Origin: Octopus vulgaris | Lineage: Eukaryota | Assembly (NCBI GenBank): GCA_951406725.2 | Contig: OX597817.1 | Span: forward strand, 122,574,001-122,638,000 | Direction: 5' to 3' | Length of the DNA: 64,000 nucleotides | Made by a program: the position numbers and the translations under genes | Notes under the pieces: generated by a model | What the model was told of the DNA's origin: nothing | Database searches by the model: none | The model's input: the letters and a program-made list of their open reading frames with translations, nothing else | Shown: positions 26,200-43,139 of the stretch, piece after piece | Layout of the letters: each line of letters starts with the position of its first letter | Position numbering within the stretch: the first letter of the stretch is position 1

Positions 26200-28500
26200 A
26201 ACAAGTTCATCATGGAAAAAACAAGGAGGAAGGTGACATCCTTGTTTGTAAAAGAAAGAGAAATCAAACACAACCAGATTGGGCTTCCATATATTATCAA
26301 AGGAAGAGCTGAATGAGACCCTGACCAATATATAAAATGTATCTTCCACTGAACAAAATAGGTCATGAAAGCAAGTGCCTGGTTTTTGAAAGCAAGGACT
26401 AAGCATTGATACAGGTGGAATTGGTATGCTACAAACCTGTTCAAAGGTTTGTGTTGCAATAAACAAAACTTTGACAAATCAGAATTACAACCATAAATAT
26501 TGGCACAAATATCAACTCTTGACTCATTACCAATTTCCAAAGACAAGCTGGATCATGCAAGTCTTTGGATATGCATTGACATTCGGGTTCTAATGACTTC
26601 CTTAAATCTCTATGATATGTCATAGCTGATCCCTATTGAAAGAGAGAATGGCAGTTAGATAGGTGGTATAGAAGGCCTACTCATTACATGCGTGGTGGTA
26701 ATAGATACTGAACGGTCATCTGTTTGAAAGAAGATGGAAGGTAGAAGAAAAGAAAGGGTTACAGATGATGACACCAGATGAAGTGGGAATAAAACAACAG
26801 AACGATGTGGAAACTTTGCGATCACTATTTCCAAAGATTTATCACTCACAGATCTGGGAAGTAAGGAGATTGAAGCAAATAAAATCACCTTGTCCTCGGT
26901 GCTGCTACATCAGGGAGTCTATCACAACCCAGAAACCGAGGGATTTCTGCCACTAGCACAAAATCGACCAACGACTTCGGCTTGTAGTGCTACCCATTTG
27001 TCTGGTAATAAAGAGAGGGGGGATACAGAATTGGTTGAGCAAACGTGAAGAATGGAAGCAAATAGAAAAAAAAAGAAGAGAAAGAATGATGGTCCTTACG
27101 AAGATGCGTTCATCCTCAGTGTGTCTGAAACGGAAATTTATGGTGTTACGAAAGCAGAAAACTTGTTTATTTCATTGAATATTACCAGAAGAAACCATGG
27201 AACGTAACATGTTGACTGAAAAAAGGAATGGGGCATAAGTACTAGGACCATGAAGATGATCGAAATTTGATGTATATACTTATTTTTAACTATACAGAAG
27301 ATTTTGTCAATAATTACTTCGCTAGCGTTGCTAATAACAAAGAAGTAGTGAATACGAGAAACAAAACTGAGAAAATATTTACTTAAAAGTTTGTATCCAG
27401 CATAAACAGCCGCCAGAGGTCTTTATCTATGAAGTGATAGGGCAAAAAGTAAATATTTCTGCATGGCCAAAGCTACAGTAATTTTCCTTATAATCTTACA
27501 GCAACAACAGGTGCAGCTTGGCTGACATGTGGAGCTATATGCACTAGCTCAAAGGCTCACATCGCAACATGGATGGCATAATACGAGAGTTCACAGTGAA
27601 GGAAATTTGTGGTGTTTGCCGTTGGCTCATAATCATTATTGTGGGTCATATCAGGCAGCAGATGAACGCCAAAACAACAATAAACGTTATATAATTGGTA
27701 AAGTCTGCATGGAAATGCAAGACATAATGATAACTGAATGCCACCGGATCATTGAAGAGCTGTGGTTTTTCGTAAGTGCAGAAAGAAAAGCAATTAGAGT
27801 ACAAAACCCAACTGATACACATGAAGCAGTAATGATTTTAGAGGGAAAGAACTTGATAAACCGATATAGAGAAAACAGCAACAATAAAATCAATAGGTCG
27901 CAGAAATTCCTTTTCTTAAACCACCACCAGTTGGATATTCGGAAATAGGGGAAGGGATCACTTCGTCTTTAGTTCTGTTAGTTTTAACCAACAGTAGAAA
28001 TTCGGCCTCATTATCTTGGAACAAAGAGGAGGAGAACAATAGACAGGGCTGGTAAATTGTCGGGAACAGTGAAGGTATTATAAATTATATAAGAAAAAAA
28101 AGAAGAAAAATCCAAAAATTAAGACAAATAGAATGTACTAGTTAGAAACCCATCGAGACTACTAGAGCTTCACAGACGTTTGTAAGAGCAGCTTTATTCT
28201 TAAAGAGATAATGGAAAATACAAAGTTAGACGATAAGGAGAGCGTAATAATTGAAGAAACGGAAAGAGTTCAAAAGATACCCACGTGGTCGGCTGTCGAT
28301 GAAAACCACACGAAAAGTTAATCATTACATGAAAAGTATCTGCCTAGAGGATGTGGAACACGACTTGCACCACCAGACGCAAAATTTGCTGACGGGCGAC
28401 TTCAGCTGCACAAAGATAGCAGGATGGCCGGCTTATAAGTAGCAGGAAGACGTGTTTGCCACAGTGATGGTAACACTCCAAAACGAATGTCTTTGAGATA
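26200..28500 (+). pseudogene. Heavily decayed LINE (L1/Tx1-like ORF1 to APE endonuclease)
   Basis: A-rich coding-like strand with many stops; LLTGDFSCT near 28390 resembles the APE GDFN motif. Confidence 0.4.
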
Positions 28501-29909
28501 TTGTCAAAAATACCTGTTGTTATCAATATTATTATTTGTCTTTTATTCTTTGGAGGTCTATAAAATAAAGTGCCAGTTATATACCAGTTATATCTTATGG
28601 TGGATATTATCAAGCACATGATTCCGCTCAATGTTAGAGCCCTTGTGTCTTAATTTAGAAAATATCAATGTTATTATATCTATATTTCGTCCGTCCTTAC
28701 GATCTGAGTTCAAATTCTGCCGAGGTCGATTTTGCATTTCATTCATTCGGAGACGATGAATTCGGTATCAGTCACGCACAGGCCTTCTGTCTTATAGTAG
28801 AAAAGACTATATCTATATTTAAAGCAGAGAGCTGGCAGAGTCGTTAGCGCGTCGAGAAAAATGCTTAGCGGCATTTCGTCCGTCTTTTATGCTACCGAGG
28901 TCGACTTTGCCATTCATCATTTCGAGGTCGATAAGATAAGCACCAGTGGAACACTGAGGTGGAGGTTGATGTAATAGATTAACTCCTTCCCCAAAATTGC
29001 TGGCCTTGTGCCAAAATTTGAAACCAATATCTATAATACCTATATTTTCCAGCCTCTTAATCACGCGAGTTCAAATCCGCTGAGGCTGAATTGGATTCCG
29101 TTTCTTCAGGATCAATAAAATTTAAGTGCCAGACATGTCCTGAGACAGATATAAAACGAATACAAAGCCTTCCCTGAAAATCAGTGGTCGTCTGTCTCAA
29201 CTTACGAATCATTATTACAGCAATATTTTCTGTTTACTTTCTGAGTTTAAATCGCACAGAGGTCGACTTGGCTTTCATCTTTTCCATAACTGACAAAAAT
29301 AAACTACAAATCTTGTAATTGGGGTAGATTAATCTATTAATGCTTTTTCACTCAAATTCTGTGTCCCATGCTCGTCGCTAAGTGGGGTGCACTAGACGGT
29401 ATTGTCCCCTCTCTCTATTCGATGGTTCACTCTAGATTTACAGTGACACATTAATTTCGAAACTCCACTTTAGCATTATTACAAATTAGTGCTCACCCAG
29501 AATATTTTGAAGCACCCTCAGACACCAAAATCTGGCGACAGGTCTGTTGCTTCGTGTCGAAGAAATAATATTTATATCAATATTTATATTTCTATCGTAA
29601 ACATAAGTGGTTCAAATCCTCACCAATCAATTTTCGCATTCATCCCTCTGGGAAATATAAAGAAAAAACCAGATAGCTACCGAGGCTGATTAAGATCGAC
29701 ATAATCATCTATATCCATCCCTCAAAAGTATGTGATTTAATGTCTAGATTACACATCAATATTATTATAATTCGTGTTGCGAAGTTCGAATCTCACCGAG
29801 GAATGTTTTTGCATTTCATCCTTCTGGGATCGATATTTTGAAAATATTAGTCAACTCCGAGATATATATTTGAACTATTACTACCCACCACAACCACATC
29901 AGATCAAAA

Positions 29910-30500
29910 TCTATCTATCTATCTCTCAGTCAGTCTGTCTATCCATTTCTCTATCAATCTATCTATCTACCTATCCATCTATCTATCTATCTATCTGTCA
30001 GTCTATCCAGCTATCTATCTGTCAGTCTATCCATCTATCTATCTGTCAGTCTATCCATCTATCTATCTGTCAGTCTAACCATCTATCTATCTATCTGTCA
30101 GTCTATCCATCTATCTACCTATCCATCTATCTGTCAGTCTATCTATCTGTCAGTCTATCCATCTATCTATCAGTCTGTCAGTCTATCCATCTATCTATCA
30201 GTCTATCCATCTATCTATCAGTCTGTCAATCCATTTCTCTATCCATCCATCCATCTATCTATCTATCCATTTCTCTATCCATCTATCTCTCTTTCTATCG
30301 TCCATCTCTCTACTTTTCCATCTTTCTGTCTATCCAGCTATCTATCTATCAGTCTGTCAATCCATTTCTCTATCCATCCATCCATCTATCTATCTATCCA
30401 TTTCTCTATCCATCTATCTCTCTTTCTATCGTCCATCTCTCTACTTTTCCATCTTTCTGTCTATCCAGCTATCTTTCCAGTTCTCTATTTATCTACCTAA
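29910..30500. repeat. (TCTA)/(TCCA)/(TCTG) compound satellite
   Basis: Direct reading; source of the 327-aa S/I/Y/L ORF. Confidence 0.95.
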
Positions 30501-31579
30501 CTACCGACCTTCCTGCCAATCTACACTGTCGTTTGAGTGTGTCAAACCACAACGATAGGGTTGGTTGGTTTGCTGTCTGGTTGGTTAGATGGCTCTCGCT
30601 TGCCACAGATGCTTGGCACAAACTTCAACGATGCCTCTTCGCCTCTGCCAGTTTGAAAATGTCATTGTATTTTGGTGATATTTTGTATACTGTATGCAGT
30701 CAGTCAGTCAGTCTCTCTCTCTCTTTCCTCATAACACAATCTTGTTTCATACCATAACATTCATACACGGCATACATGTACATACATATATGCACACATA
30801 TACAGAGATCCATAAATGCATATATGCATACACATAAATTTAAACATACATACATACAGGAGTACACGCACATATACGTATATATACATATATAAGTACG
30901 TACGTATACATGTAAACATACGTATACAAATACACAAGCACACGACTATTATACATATATACATGAAATATAGGTATATACAAATACGTAGGTTCATACA
31001 TACATAGATATACACTCCATCTCTACTTTCAGTATATATCTATCTATCTATCTGTATGTCTATATGTTTATGTATGTATATGCTTTTATGTGAACACATC
31101 TACATGTAAGCATGTCTGTAACTCCCCTTTCACTATCTATCTATCTATCTATCTATCTGTATGTATGTATGTCTATGTTTATATATGTATATGCATTTAT
31201 GTGAACACATCTACATGTGAAGCATGTCTGTAAGCATATGTACATAAGCTTGTATGTATCTATATATCTATATATATATATGTATAAGGTGTACGTACTA
31301 TACAGCCATAGATAGGTATACAGGTTCTCACAGTTTATTTATTGGTTTATTTGTTCTCTCACCATACACAAACACACATACACACACACACACTGACGCG
31401 TGAGTACAGTGCTGCTCATGGAAGACCGAGTTTTGCTATTATTATATAAACTGACTATTGTCGACAAATGTTTAGTCACACACTAACAGCATCTGCAGTT
31501 TCCGAAAATGGTAACAAACTTCACCAATAATGTTGCATTTTAAAAAAAATATAAATATGCATACATACATATACATACA

Positions 31580-31689
<110 letters not shown>

Positions 31690-31736
31690 AATAGTGTGTT
31701 TGTATGTATGTGCGTGCGTGGTTGTTAAAGCCATGG

Positions 31737-31990
31737 ACTTACTTCATTTTGCGCACTTGAATCTGTTTTATCGCTTGTTTTTATTTCTTTTCGGTGGTCT
31801 TGTTTTGTATATATTTATTATTATTATTATTATCAATATTATTATTATTATTATTTGTTATTGAATCTTCTTTTTTTTTTTTTCGTTACCTTTTTTTCTA
31901 GAATATAGTCTTGTGTTTGGTTTTATCGCTATTTTCATTCGTGGCATGTAAAATTTTTGGGAAAAATTTTATGTACTTTATTTCGTCATT
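31737..31990 (-). other. Candidate 5' exon end with start codon (ATG AA|GTAAGT)
   Basis: Minus strand reads gtgcgcaaaATGAA|GTAAGT: A at -3 and a perfect donor, downstream of a CT-rich block. Confidence 0.35.
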
Positions 31991-32590
31991 CTACGAGGAG
32001 ATTAAGAGAGAGAGGGAGAGAGAGAGAGAAAGAAAGAGAGAAGGAGGGAGATTTATAGAAGACAGAGAGAGGTAGGAAGAAAACGATAAAAGGGAAAGTG
32101 AAAGTAGAATTGTCGATTTGTTTTGAAAACGTTCACTAAAAACAATCAAGAACAAGGAAAGTATACACACGCGCTCACACACACACACACCGACGCGCAT
32201 GAAGAAGAAATAAATGGAGGAGAGAGAGAGGAAGGAATTGCAGAAACAAGGAACGCAGAGGAAGGAAGGAATACGACCAAAGTATTAGAATATATATATA
32301 TATATATGGCAAAAGAGACCGATAGAATAAGTACTGGGCTTACAAAGAATAAGTCCTGGGGTCGATTTGCTCGACTAAAGGCGGTGCTCCAGCACGGCCG
32401 CAGTCAAATGACTGAAACAAGTAAAAGAGAGTATATATATATATGTTTCTTTATTACCCACAAGGGGCTAAACACAGAGGGGACAAACAAGGACAGACAA
32501 ATGGATTAAGTCGATTACATCGACCCCAGTGCGAAACTGGTACTTTATTTATCGACCCCGAAAGGATGAAAGGCAAAGTCAACCTCGGCG

Positions 32591-32649
<59 letters not shown>

Positions 32650-33179
32650 CAAAGAGATATGCATGTTTTGTGTGAGTGAGTATATAAATATATGTGTGCA
32701 TGTGTATACATACATACATACATTGAAAGATTTCGATTTTTGGGGGAAGAAAAAAAAAGTAGAGTAAGATAAGATAATACCAAAAAAAAAAAAATATGAA
32801 ACGAACGAAAAAGTAATCAGACAAATATAGCAGAGAAAAATCCAAGGAAGACCAAATCAACAAAGCGTAAATATCAAAACACAACAGCGCCAACTACATC
32901 GTCGTAGAACAAGCGGCAATAAAAAACAATAATAGCAATAAGAATATAATAACAGCAGCAAATATTGATGCAGTTCTTGTGTTAAACGCATTGCCTCTTA
33001 CGTTCTTTCAATCCTTGTCACTAGAGCACCGGTTCGTTTTAACGCTTTCCTCATTTCCTCATTCGGTCTGGCTGACTGCCCGTCTCTCACCTCTGTGCGT
33101 GCGTGTGTGTGTGACGTTTGCGCCATACTCACGCATTGCCTCTTAAATATATATATATACACGCGCCTAGACACATGCA

Positions 33180-33205
33180 TATATACATACATATATATGT
33201 GTGCA

Positions 33206-33247
<42 letters not shown>

Positions 33248-33744
33248 TACACACATATATATATATACATATATACACATATATATATATACACATATAT
33301 ACACATATATATATATATACATATATACACATATATATATATATATATACATATATACACATATATATATATACATATATACACATATATATATATATAC
33401 ATATATACACATATATATACATATATACACATATATATACATATATATATACATATATACACATATATATATATATATACATATATACACATATATATAT
33501 ATATATATACATATATACACATATATATATATACATATATACACATATATTTATACATATATACACACACATATATATATACATATATACGCACATATAT
33601 ATACACACATATATACACATATATATATATACACATATATACACATATATATATATACACACATATATATATATACACACATATACACATATATATATAT
33701 ATACACACATATATACACACATATATATATATACACACATATAT

Positions 33745-33812
<68 letters not shown>

Positions 33813-33815
33813 GTA
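33180..33815. repeat. Long (TA)n/(TACACA) minisatellite
   Basis: Direct reading. Confidence 0.95.
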
Positions 33816-34454
33816 TGTAGGGGTGAGTTAGGGTTGGTTCTGTTTACAAAGGAAAAGGAAACGTACTCAATACGTTTATCAGTTGAGGATGTTGATTCAC
33901 TGACGGTGCTGCAACTCTCAGCTTTGCAAGCACCACGTGCGTTCAAATCAGGCAACACGAAAATGAATAATATATACGCACACATGCACACACACGCGTT
34001 CATACATACATACATACATACATACATACATACACACATACATACATTCTATTTGATGCAAACGTTAAGGCCATAATTTTAAATTCGTTCAAGGAAAATA
34101 AAAGAGGATAAAAAAAAAACTCCCCAAAAATCAAGGTTCTGCTTCTTGAAATTCTTCAGATGATTAAGGAGTATTTGTGTTAAGAGATAGAAAACGAACA
34201 ACAAAACAAAACCAGCAAGTAGCACTTTTTAATCGAATGTCTTAACATCGACCTATCTATCTATCTATCTCCCTATATATCAATCTCTCTATCTCTTTAT
34301 CTATCTCTCTATCAATCTATCTATCAATCTCTCAATCTACCTATCTATCTTTCAATATCTCTATCTATCTGTACAACTCCAAGCCTATCAATATTGATAT
34401 ATTTAGCGGTTCGATCATTCACATATCTATCTTTAAGCAATCTCTTTCATTCCC

Positions 34455-34543
<89 letters not shown>

Positions 34544-34916
34544 TTGGCTATGTATCGCCCTCAATAAGTTTTTGCAATCTCTACTTTCTATTCTCATTTG
34601 TATGTATGTATGACTATGTCTCTATCGATCTACATATCCATCCACCTCCCTTCTTTATCAATATATATATATATATATATATAGTCTGCTCCGTTCTCAA
34701 TACATATTTTCGGTATCCGATAAAGTGCGACATGACACACACTAACAGATTCACAACATACAGGCCACTATTTCTCATTTTCATCACTTTGATTGATACA
34801 TCACCAATCTTACAGCTATGCTACAAACATACCGTTTATTTCAACAACAGTCACTCTCACAATATATTTATATTGATACCAAATGTCTCTCGTATATATA
34901 TATAATATATATATAT

Positions 34917-35016
<100 letters not shown>

Positions 35017-36094
35017 TACTTTACTTCACACTTATACGATAAGTCTTAAGTTAGTTAAAAATTCTCGATTTTATCAAAGCGATACTACTGTCTTTACGAC
35101 TTTATCGTTTATATCTTGTATTCCGTGTATACTTTATTGAAATAAAACTTTGCTCGGTATGATATTATACCCGATATTCTTAAACCGAATTTCGAAACTG
35201 AAATACAGACAGACAGGCTGACAGACATACTCATTCAAAATCTCAACACATTAAATATAAGGGAAATTATCTCAAAGGGGTCTTCTTGGAAATTTTATTT
35301 ATTTATTTACTTTTTTAGGCGATATGGATGGTGGGGAAGCATGTATTGGGAGCTGTTTTTATTTAAGTACCTGGTTATTTCTTCCTGTGTTGTTGTTGTA
35401 CAGTTTAGGAAACACGGGCACGTGTGCCTATGCGTGTGTGTATGTATCAGAGATAGAGAGATGGTATTTAAGCTTTTATTTTTTTATTTCCTCATTGTTA
35501 TTTTTCAAAATCATTTCATTTCTAAACGATTCGATTTGAATGCAAATTCTCCTATTTTTCTATCTTCATCATCATCATCATCATCATTATTATTATTATT
35601 ATTATTATTAGCGACATTTCACCCATCTTTACGTTTTGCGTTCAAATTCCGCCGAGGTCGACTTTCCTTTTTATCCTTTCGGGGTCGATAAATTAAGTAC
35701 CATTGAAACACTGGGGTCGATATGATCGACTTAGTGCCCAACCACCACCAAATCTGAGGCTTTGTGTCTCCAGTAGAAAGGATCATTATTATTATTATTA
35801 TTATTATTACTGTTTTGCGTACACACCCCAACTCATCGTCCGCTGTTGATTTTGTGGTAATTAAAGATATCATCATCATCATCATCATAATTATTTTGTT
35901 CTTTTTTAACCATTAATATTAGTAATAATCTTTGTTTCAAATTTTTGGCACAAGGAAGTCGCCACCGGCATTAATAATATTAATAATAACAACAACTCCT
36001 TTTTTCCCGTCACCGCATAATTCGCCTTCCGCCGCCCCCACCCCACCCGACCCCAGGCTCACACATCATACCACACACACACACACACACACAA

Positions 36095-36128
<34 letters not shown>

Positions 36129-36250
36129 GCAGACACGCGCAAACATTCTGTTCCTTCCCGGTTTTGCCATGTGCCTCCTTTCACGGATTATCAACCATTG
36201 TCGCCCTTGTGGCAACTAAAGAAAAATAATAGTAGCTGCAGTAGTCGTTA

Positions 36251-36300
<50 letters not shown>

Positions 36301-36538
36301 GCTGCTATTATTAGTATTTTTCTAGGGATTATTATTACCCAAAGCCGTCAGCACCAGAATGACTACTGCTTGTTCTAGACACGCTCAATCCTTCCCACCC
36401 GACGCGAATCCATATTATTATTATTATTAGTTTTTTTTTTCTTCTTTTTATTAGGTAGAGGTAGTAAATATTTTCTTAGTTAGAAGATGTTTCCTTAAGT
36501 ACAAATTACAAATGCATACACATATACACAATATGTAC

Positions 36539-36595
<57 letters not shown>

Positions 36596-36992
36596 TGTAT
36601 ATATGTGTATATCTGTATATATATATATATATGCATGTATATATGTGTATATGTATGCATGTATGTATCTATATAGTTATACATAGATATATATATATAC
36701 CTACATATATAGTGTATATATGTACATACATATATATAAATATACATGCACATATATATACATACAAATATATACACACACATGCACACACTCACATATA
36801 TATATACATACATATACACACACTACATATATATACATACATATACACACACTACATATATATATATACACATACACACACTACATATATATACATACAC
36901 ATACACACACTACATATATATACATACATATACACACACTACATATATATACATACATATACACACACTACATATATATACATACATATACA

Positions 36993-37062
<70 letters not shown>

Positions 37063-37118
37063 GTTTTTGTACCTACATTAATCATTGATACTTTTTCAGT
37101 TTGTTTTGTTAACGCAGT

Positions 37119-37171
<53 letters not shown>

Positions 37172-37576
37172 GACATTCCTCTAGATACCCAACTTCATGC
37201 TACCCCACTTGACTTATTATTACACTATAGCGGAGTGTGTTATATCATTATTCATTATTCATCGTGGCTTTAATAAATCACCCATCACTCATCGCGAATT
37301 TGGAAATACGAGGACATGCAACGTATGTTTCTTTACAATCAGCTGTTAGGCCTTTTGCAGTTTCGACTTTAGCTTTCATTATCGTCGCTGCTACACGTTT
37401 AAACTTTAGATTCTTGACAAACAAGTGAAAGAAATACCTACCATCCCTCTTTATCTCTTTCTCTCTGTCACTCTCTATCTCTATTGTTCACCTTAGGTTC
37501 TATATAGAACCAGCATGATGCCGGTTAAAAAGAGTATAAAAACTATAGAGGTGGGGGGGAATGATGAAATAAAATA

Positions 37577-37635
<59 letters not shown>

Positions 37636-37766
37636 CGAATAAAAATTCATAACGATGTATATATATATATATATATACGTATATATGCTACATTCACATC
37701 GTATGTATGTATGTATGTATGTATTAAAATGTCCGTTTTTTTCTATATGAAACCATTTATGTGTGG

Positions 37767-37806
<40 letters not shown>

Positions 37807-38860
37807 TATATATATGATTTATATAATATATATATGATATATATAATATATATATAATATATATATATTATATATAATATATATATATCATATATATATA
37901 ATATATATATCATATATATAATATATATACAATATATATATATATATATTGTATAAATCATATATTATATAAATCATATTTATATGATATATATAATATA
38001 TCTATCATATATATATATATATATATATATTATATCATATATATATATGTACACGAAGCAGAATTATATGGAATTTTATATTTATCTCCGTTATATTTTA
38101 CATATGTGCATGTGTTTACTCACACATCAGTGTATAGTGTATAATCATATATATTTTCAACCCCTATCTCATTTTATAACCTATATATATATATATATAT
38201 ATATCTCAACATAATACGTACATCCATCTATATGTACATACATACACACATACATACATACATACGGAGGTATAACGTTTCAATAACATCTATTTTTCAG
38301 TAAACTAGTAAGTTCTGTGAGTATGCATGTAAGTGTATGTGTGTGTGTGTGTCTGTGTATTTGGATGTGATTATGTGTTATGTGTGCGTCTGTATAACGT
38401 ATACATCCGCAACTCCTCCGTGTACACATTATTTCATCATCGTATTTTTACATCTACATAAAGTTTGAAGGCGAAAATTCATACATACATACACCTACCT
38501 ACAAAGCTACCTACCTACACTCGCACATACATATATATATGTATGTATGTATATATATATGTTTGTACATATATATGTGTGTGTGTGTGTATTATATATA
38601 TATATATATATATAAGTGCTTAAATAGCAGTTATTTCTAAACTTTAACCACCTTTTAACTATTATTATATCAGTGCTAAATTGTATATTTCCCCGAGTTC
38701 CTTATCTGTCGTCATCGTCGTCAGTGTTGTTGTTGTTGTTGTTGTTGTTGCAGGCTTCTTGGTTCCTTTGAATATAGATTTACTACATTACGGTTGTATC
38801 TTAATTCCTTAAATAATACAATATTAACTGGCCAAGAAAAAAAATTAATCTAACAACAAC

Positions 38861-38908
<48 letters not shown>

Positions 38909-39815
38909 TAAAGAATATCATATTCGGTATTAGCTTTCTTCATTTTGTTTGTCATAATAATAATAATGATAATAATAATAATACTGATGATAATAATGAT
39001 AAAAAGGAAAGCTAATTGAAAATATAACATTTTATATACTAGACATGTTGTTAAATTCACGGGTATCGCAACAAGACAAGTTAAAATCGCAACGATAAAC
39101 ACACACGATTGTGTAAGAAACAAACAAACAAATAAATATATGAAATAAATGTTTTAAAAAAATGTAAAAAATAAATATCAAACAAGAAACCACTTATATA
39201 TATAAGCTATGAATTCATTTGTATTTCGTTGTCTTCTTTATTTAAATCCCGTCCACATTTATTTATTTAGTTTTGCTTCTGTACCTCACTTACTTTTCCT
39301 CGTTTTCTGTTTGTATGTTTGTATCTACTTTCACTTTCGTTTCTCCCTCCCCCTCTCACATAATCTTTCTCTTCCTCTGTGTGTGTGTGTGTTTATGTCT
39401 CTCTCTCTCTCTTATTCTCATCCTTTCTCTCTGTTTCTTTCTTTCTCATTTTGTGCACCCATGCTTTTCAGTTCCACACATCGTATAAATAAGTGTGGAA
39501 TGAATTGGCGTCTGTGTGTGTGATGGATAGTAAAAATTCTTATGGTGTGGTTGGTTTATAAGTGGATGATTGGCTGCTTGGACTAAAAGTCTCGGGTCCT
39601 CATTACATCGTTTTGCATACACACACACATATACACACACACACACATACAAACACACACGTACACGCACATGCACGCACACGCGCCTATATACACAAAT
39701 GTGCATACACCTGTTCGTCCATATCTGAACGTCTTCTTAAACATGTGTGTTGGAATACAAACAAATTTATATAGACATACATATACACATACAAACACAC
39801 ACACACACATACATA

Positions 39816-39855
<40 letters not shown>

Positions 39856-40193
39856 GAGATATATGATCGGGTATGACGCGTGGGGAGGAGTAAAAACAGA
39901 AACACAGAAGGGGTAAAACGACTACAGCCAAATTTTACTGCATCATATATGTGTGTGTATGTGTATATATATATATGTGTGTGTATAACGATGTATATAT
40001 GATTATATTATATAGTGATATATAATACTTGTATACACATACACACACACACTAATAGTTATATCACAACATTCAAACACACACACACATAATGATATAT
40101 ATGTAATGATAATTATTATTTTGACTAATGAAAATACCATCAAGTTATTTAACCTGATGTTGTAAAGAAAAAGGTGTGACATGGATGAGAAGA

Positions 40194-40224
<31 letters not shown>

Positions 40225-40772
40225 TACTAACAAAAGTCATTGTGGTCACAATGAAAGTAATAAGGAGAATGGTCAAGTACAACAATAACAATAACAAGAA
40301 TAATATATATATCACGTTGCATAAATTCATGAGGACAAATATCTGAATTATCATTATTATTATTATTTTTCTTTTTTTTTTCAATTATAAAAGTAATTTT
40401 TTTTTTGTTTTTGTTATTTTTTTTTGTTTTTTGCAGTAGATAGAAACGGTTAAGATATATTTTAGGATTTCACACTGTAATTTTTTTTATACATACAAAT
40501 TCTGTATATCTTTCTCTGTTTTTTGGGTTTTTTTTTTTTTTAAATAAATAAAGTCAAATAGACGAAGACAATATATTTTCGGGTTAGGGATTTGACAGGA
40601 AAATATTAAATTAATCCTGCAAAAAAAAAAAAAAAAATACCAAAAAAAAAAAAATAATAATAATAAGAAAGAAAAAAAAAATGGGTTGGGGGTATTTAAA
40701 AAAAAAAAAAATCACATGTTTTAAAAGAATTGAAATCTAGAGAATATTTCTTCCGTACAGAATGGTTTAGTT

Positions 40773-41045
40773 ACTTACCTTATAATTTTAAATGTTTTTA
40801 AATTGATGAATTCCTCTTGTATATAATGTGTATACGTGTGTGTATATATATATACATATATATAATATATATATATATAATATATATATATAACGTTGTT
40901 TCCTTCGTGTACTGTGTTATATGTAATTTTTTTTAATATTAATTTCTTCCTTTAATCGTGATGGGTGGGGGGTGACAAGGAGAAAGAATTCCGAATGGTA
41001 ATAACTTTCTCTGATAGGTATAAAGGGATAAATAGGTATAAAGGG

Positions 41046-41088
<43 letters not shown>

Positions 41089-41420
41089 TAATAATAATAA
41101 TAATAATAATGATAAATAATAATAAATAACAATAATAATAGCGACGACGACGACGACGACTACGACAACAACAACAACGACAACACAATCCTTTTGGTGC
41201 AGAGGTAAAAAACGGTAGTTTTAGTGTTGAAGTTGCGTTGTTTTTGTGCCTTTTTATCCTGTCAAAGTTGTTCGGCTCTTGTTTTAGTAAATCCCAACTG
41301 TTGAGAGAAAGTGTTACTTGAAATGTAGTGTAGAAATAGAAAAAGCCAGCATGCGTAGGCTCTCTATCTACTCAAACACACTGAGCGAGCACACGTACAC
41401 ACACACACACATACAACAGA
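40773..41420 (-). promoter_or_regulatory. Candidate non-coding first exon / TSS region
   Basis: Perfect donor AAG|GTAAGT at 40779/40778; CT-rich tract upstream (41430-41760); CpG-retaining context. Confidence 0.3.
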
Positions 41421-41522
41421 GTACATTTACATAGGCAGAGAGAGAGAGAGAGAAACGGTAAGAATAAACGAGAGAGAGAGAGAGTGAGAGAGAAGATGAA
41501 GAAGAAAGAGAGGAAGCGAGTG

Positions 41523-41565
<43 letters not shown>

Positions 41566-41897
41566 AAACGACGGTATGAATGAATGAAAGAATGAATGAA
41601 TGAATGAATGCAAAAGCAAAATATTAGAAAGAAAGAATGGAAAAAGATAAATATATCGATAGATAGACAGAAAGAAAAAGTAATATTCAAAGAATGAGGT
41701 GGTGGGGGAGAGAAAGACAGAATGAAAAAGTGAGTAACTGAATGAGTAAACATGTATGGAAGACAGAGGGAGAAATTTCAGAGAGACTAAAAGCGAAACA
41801 TCATCTCACACTTCTTGATATTCGCCGCTTTCTCTCTCCTCTCTTCTTTTTTTCATCTATATAACCGTTGAATTTTTCTTCTCCTTCTTTCCCTTTC

Positions 41898-41956
<59 letters not shown>

Positions 41957-43139
41957 GTGTGTGTAAGATGTATGTATGTATGTATGTGTGTATAATCTTA
42001 CTCTTTTACTTGTTTCATCCATTCGACTGCACCCATGCTGGGGCACATCTGCTTAGAGTTCTTTCTTTCTTTTTTTTTTTTTTTGTCGATCAAATCGAAT
42101 CCCGATACTTGTTTACTTATATATTTATTTTTATTCATTTATTTATTTATTTTTATTCCTCGAATCTTATTTGTCGGAATCTTAAAATCATGGAATATAA
42201 AGGGGCACAAACATAAACAACACCGGTTGTTAGACTGTAAACATACACATATTCATACACACACACACACACACACACAAACACGTGTGTTTGTGTATGC
42301 CTGTGTATACGTATGTGTGTAAGTGTGTGCTTATATACATACATACATACATTATATGTGTGTGTGTGTGTGTGTGAATGCAAAGGGCTTCTGCACAGTT
42401 TCCTTCTAACAAATTCTGCATTCACGGAATTGGATAAAAAGAGATTTTAGTATTATTAGTAGAGACACCTATTCAATATACAGCCATGCCCACGCCTCAA
42501 TGTCATCATAATCATCATCACCGTCACCACGTCGTCGTCGTTGTCGATTTATCGTCTGCCTCTCCATTCTTGCAGGGAATAGACGAAGTTACGTTGAGGT
42601 GGGAAATATTTACACATACATACATACGTACATACGTACATGCATGCATATTTACGTACGGACATACGTTCGTATGTATTTATTCTGTATTATTCAGTGA
42701 TTCTTGTTTGATAACACGCAAACACACAAACACACAACCGCAATTAATGATAACTACTTTCTTGCTGTCTCTCTCTCTCTCACTCTCTCTCTCTATACTT
42801 TACCTTAATTCTTTCACTCTCTTCCTCTTTCTCTCTCCCCCTCTTCCATTTACATACATGCATGTATACATACGTACATACATACATACACACGTACGTA
42901 GATGCATACATACGTACGTACATACACACAAACATACGCACGTACGGACGGACGTGCGTGCATACATACATACATACATGTCTAAATTTTTATGGAGTGA
43001 TGAACTGGCTGGCAGATTATTGAAATGAATGCATTGTAATATTTGTTCCTTTTCTCTGCATTCCAAGTTCAAATCCTGCAGAGATCAAATTTGCAGGGTC
43101 AATAAAATAAATACCCATTCAAGGTGATCGATTAAGAGA

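Noticed and set aside
32998-34076. Long ORFs of 200-290 aa (also at 8.8, 29.8, 36.6 and 55 kb)
   Set aside because: Translations of TA/CA/TCTA microsatellites, which lack stop codons.
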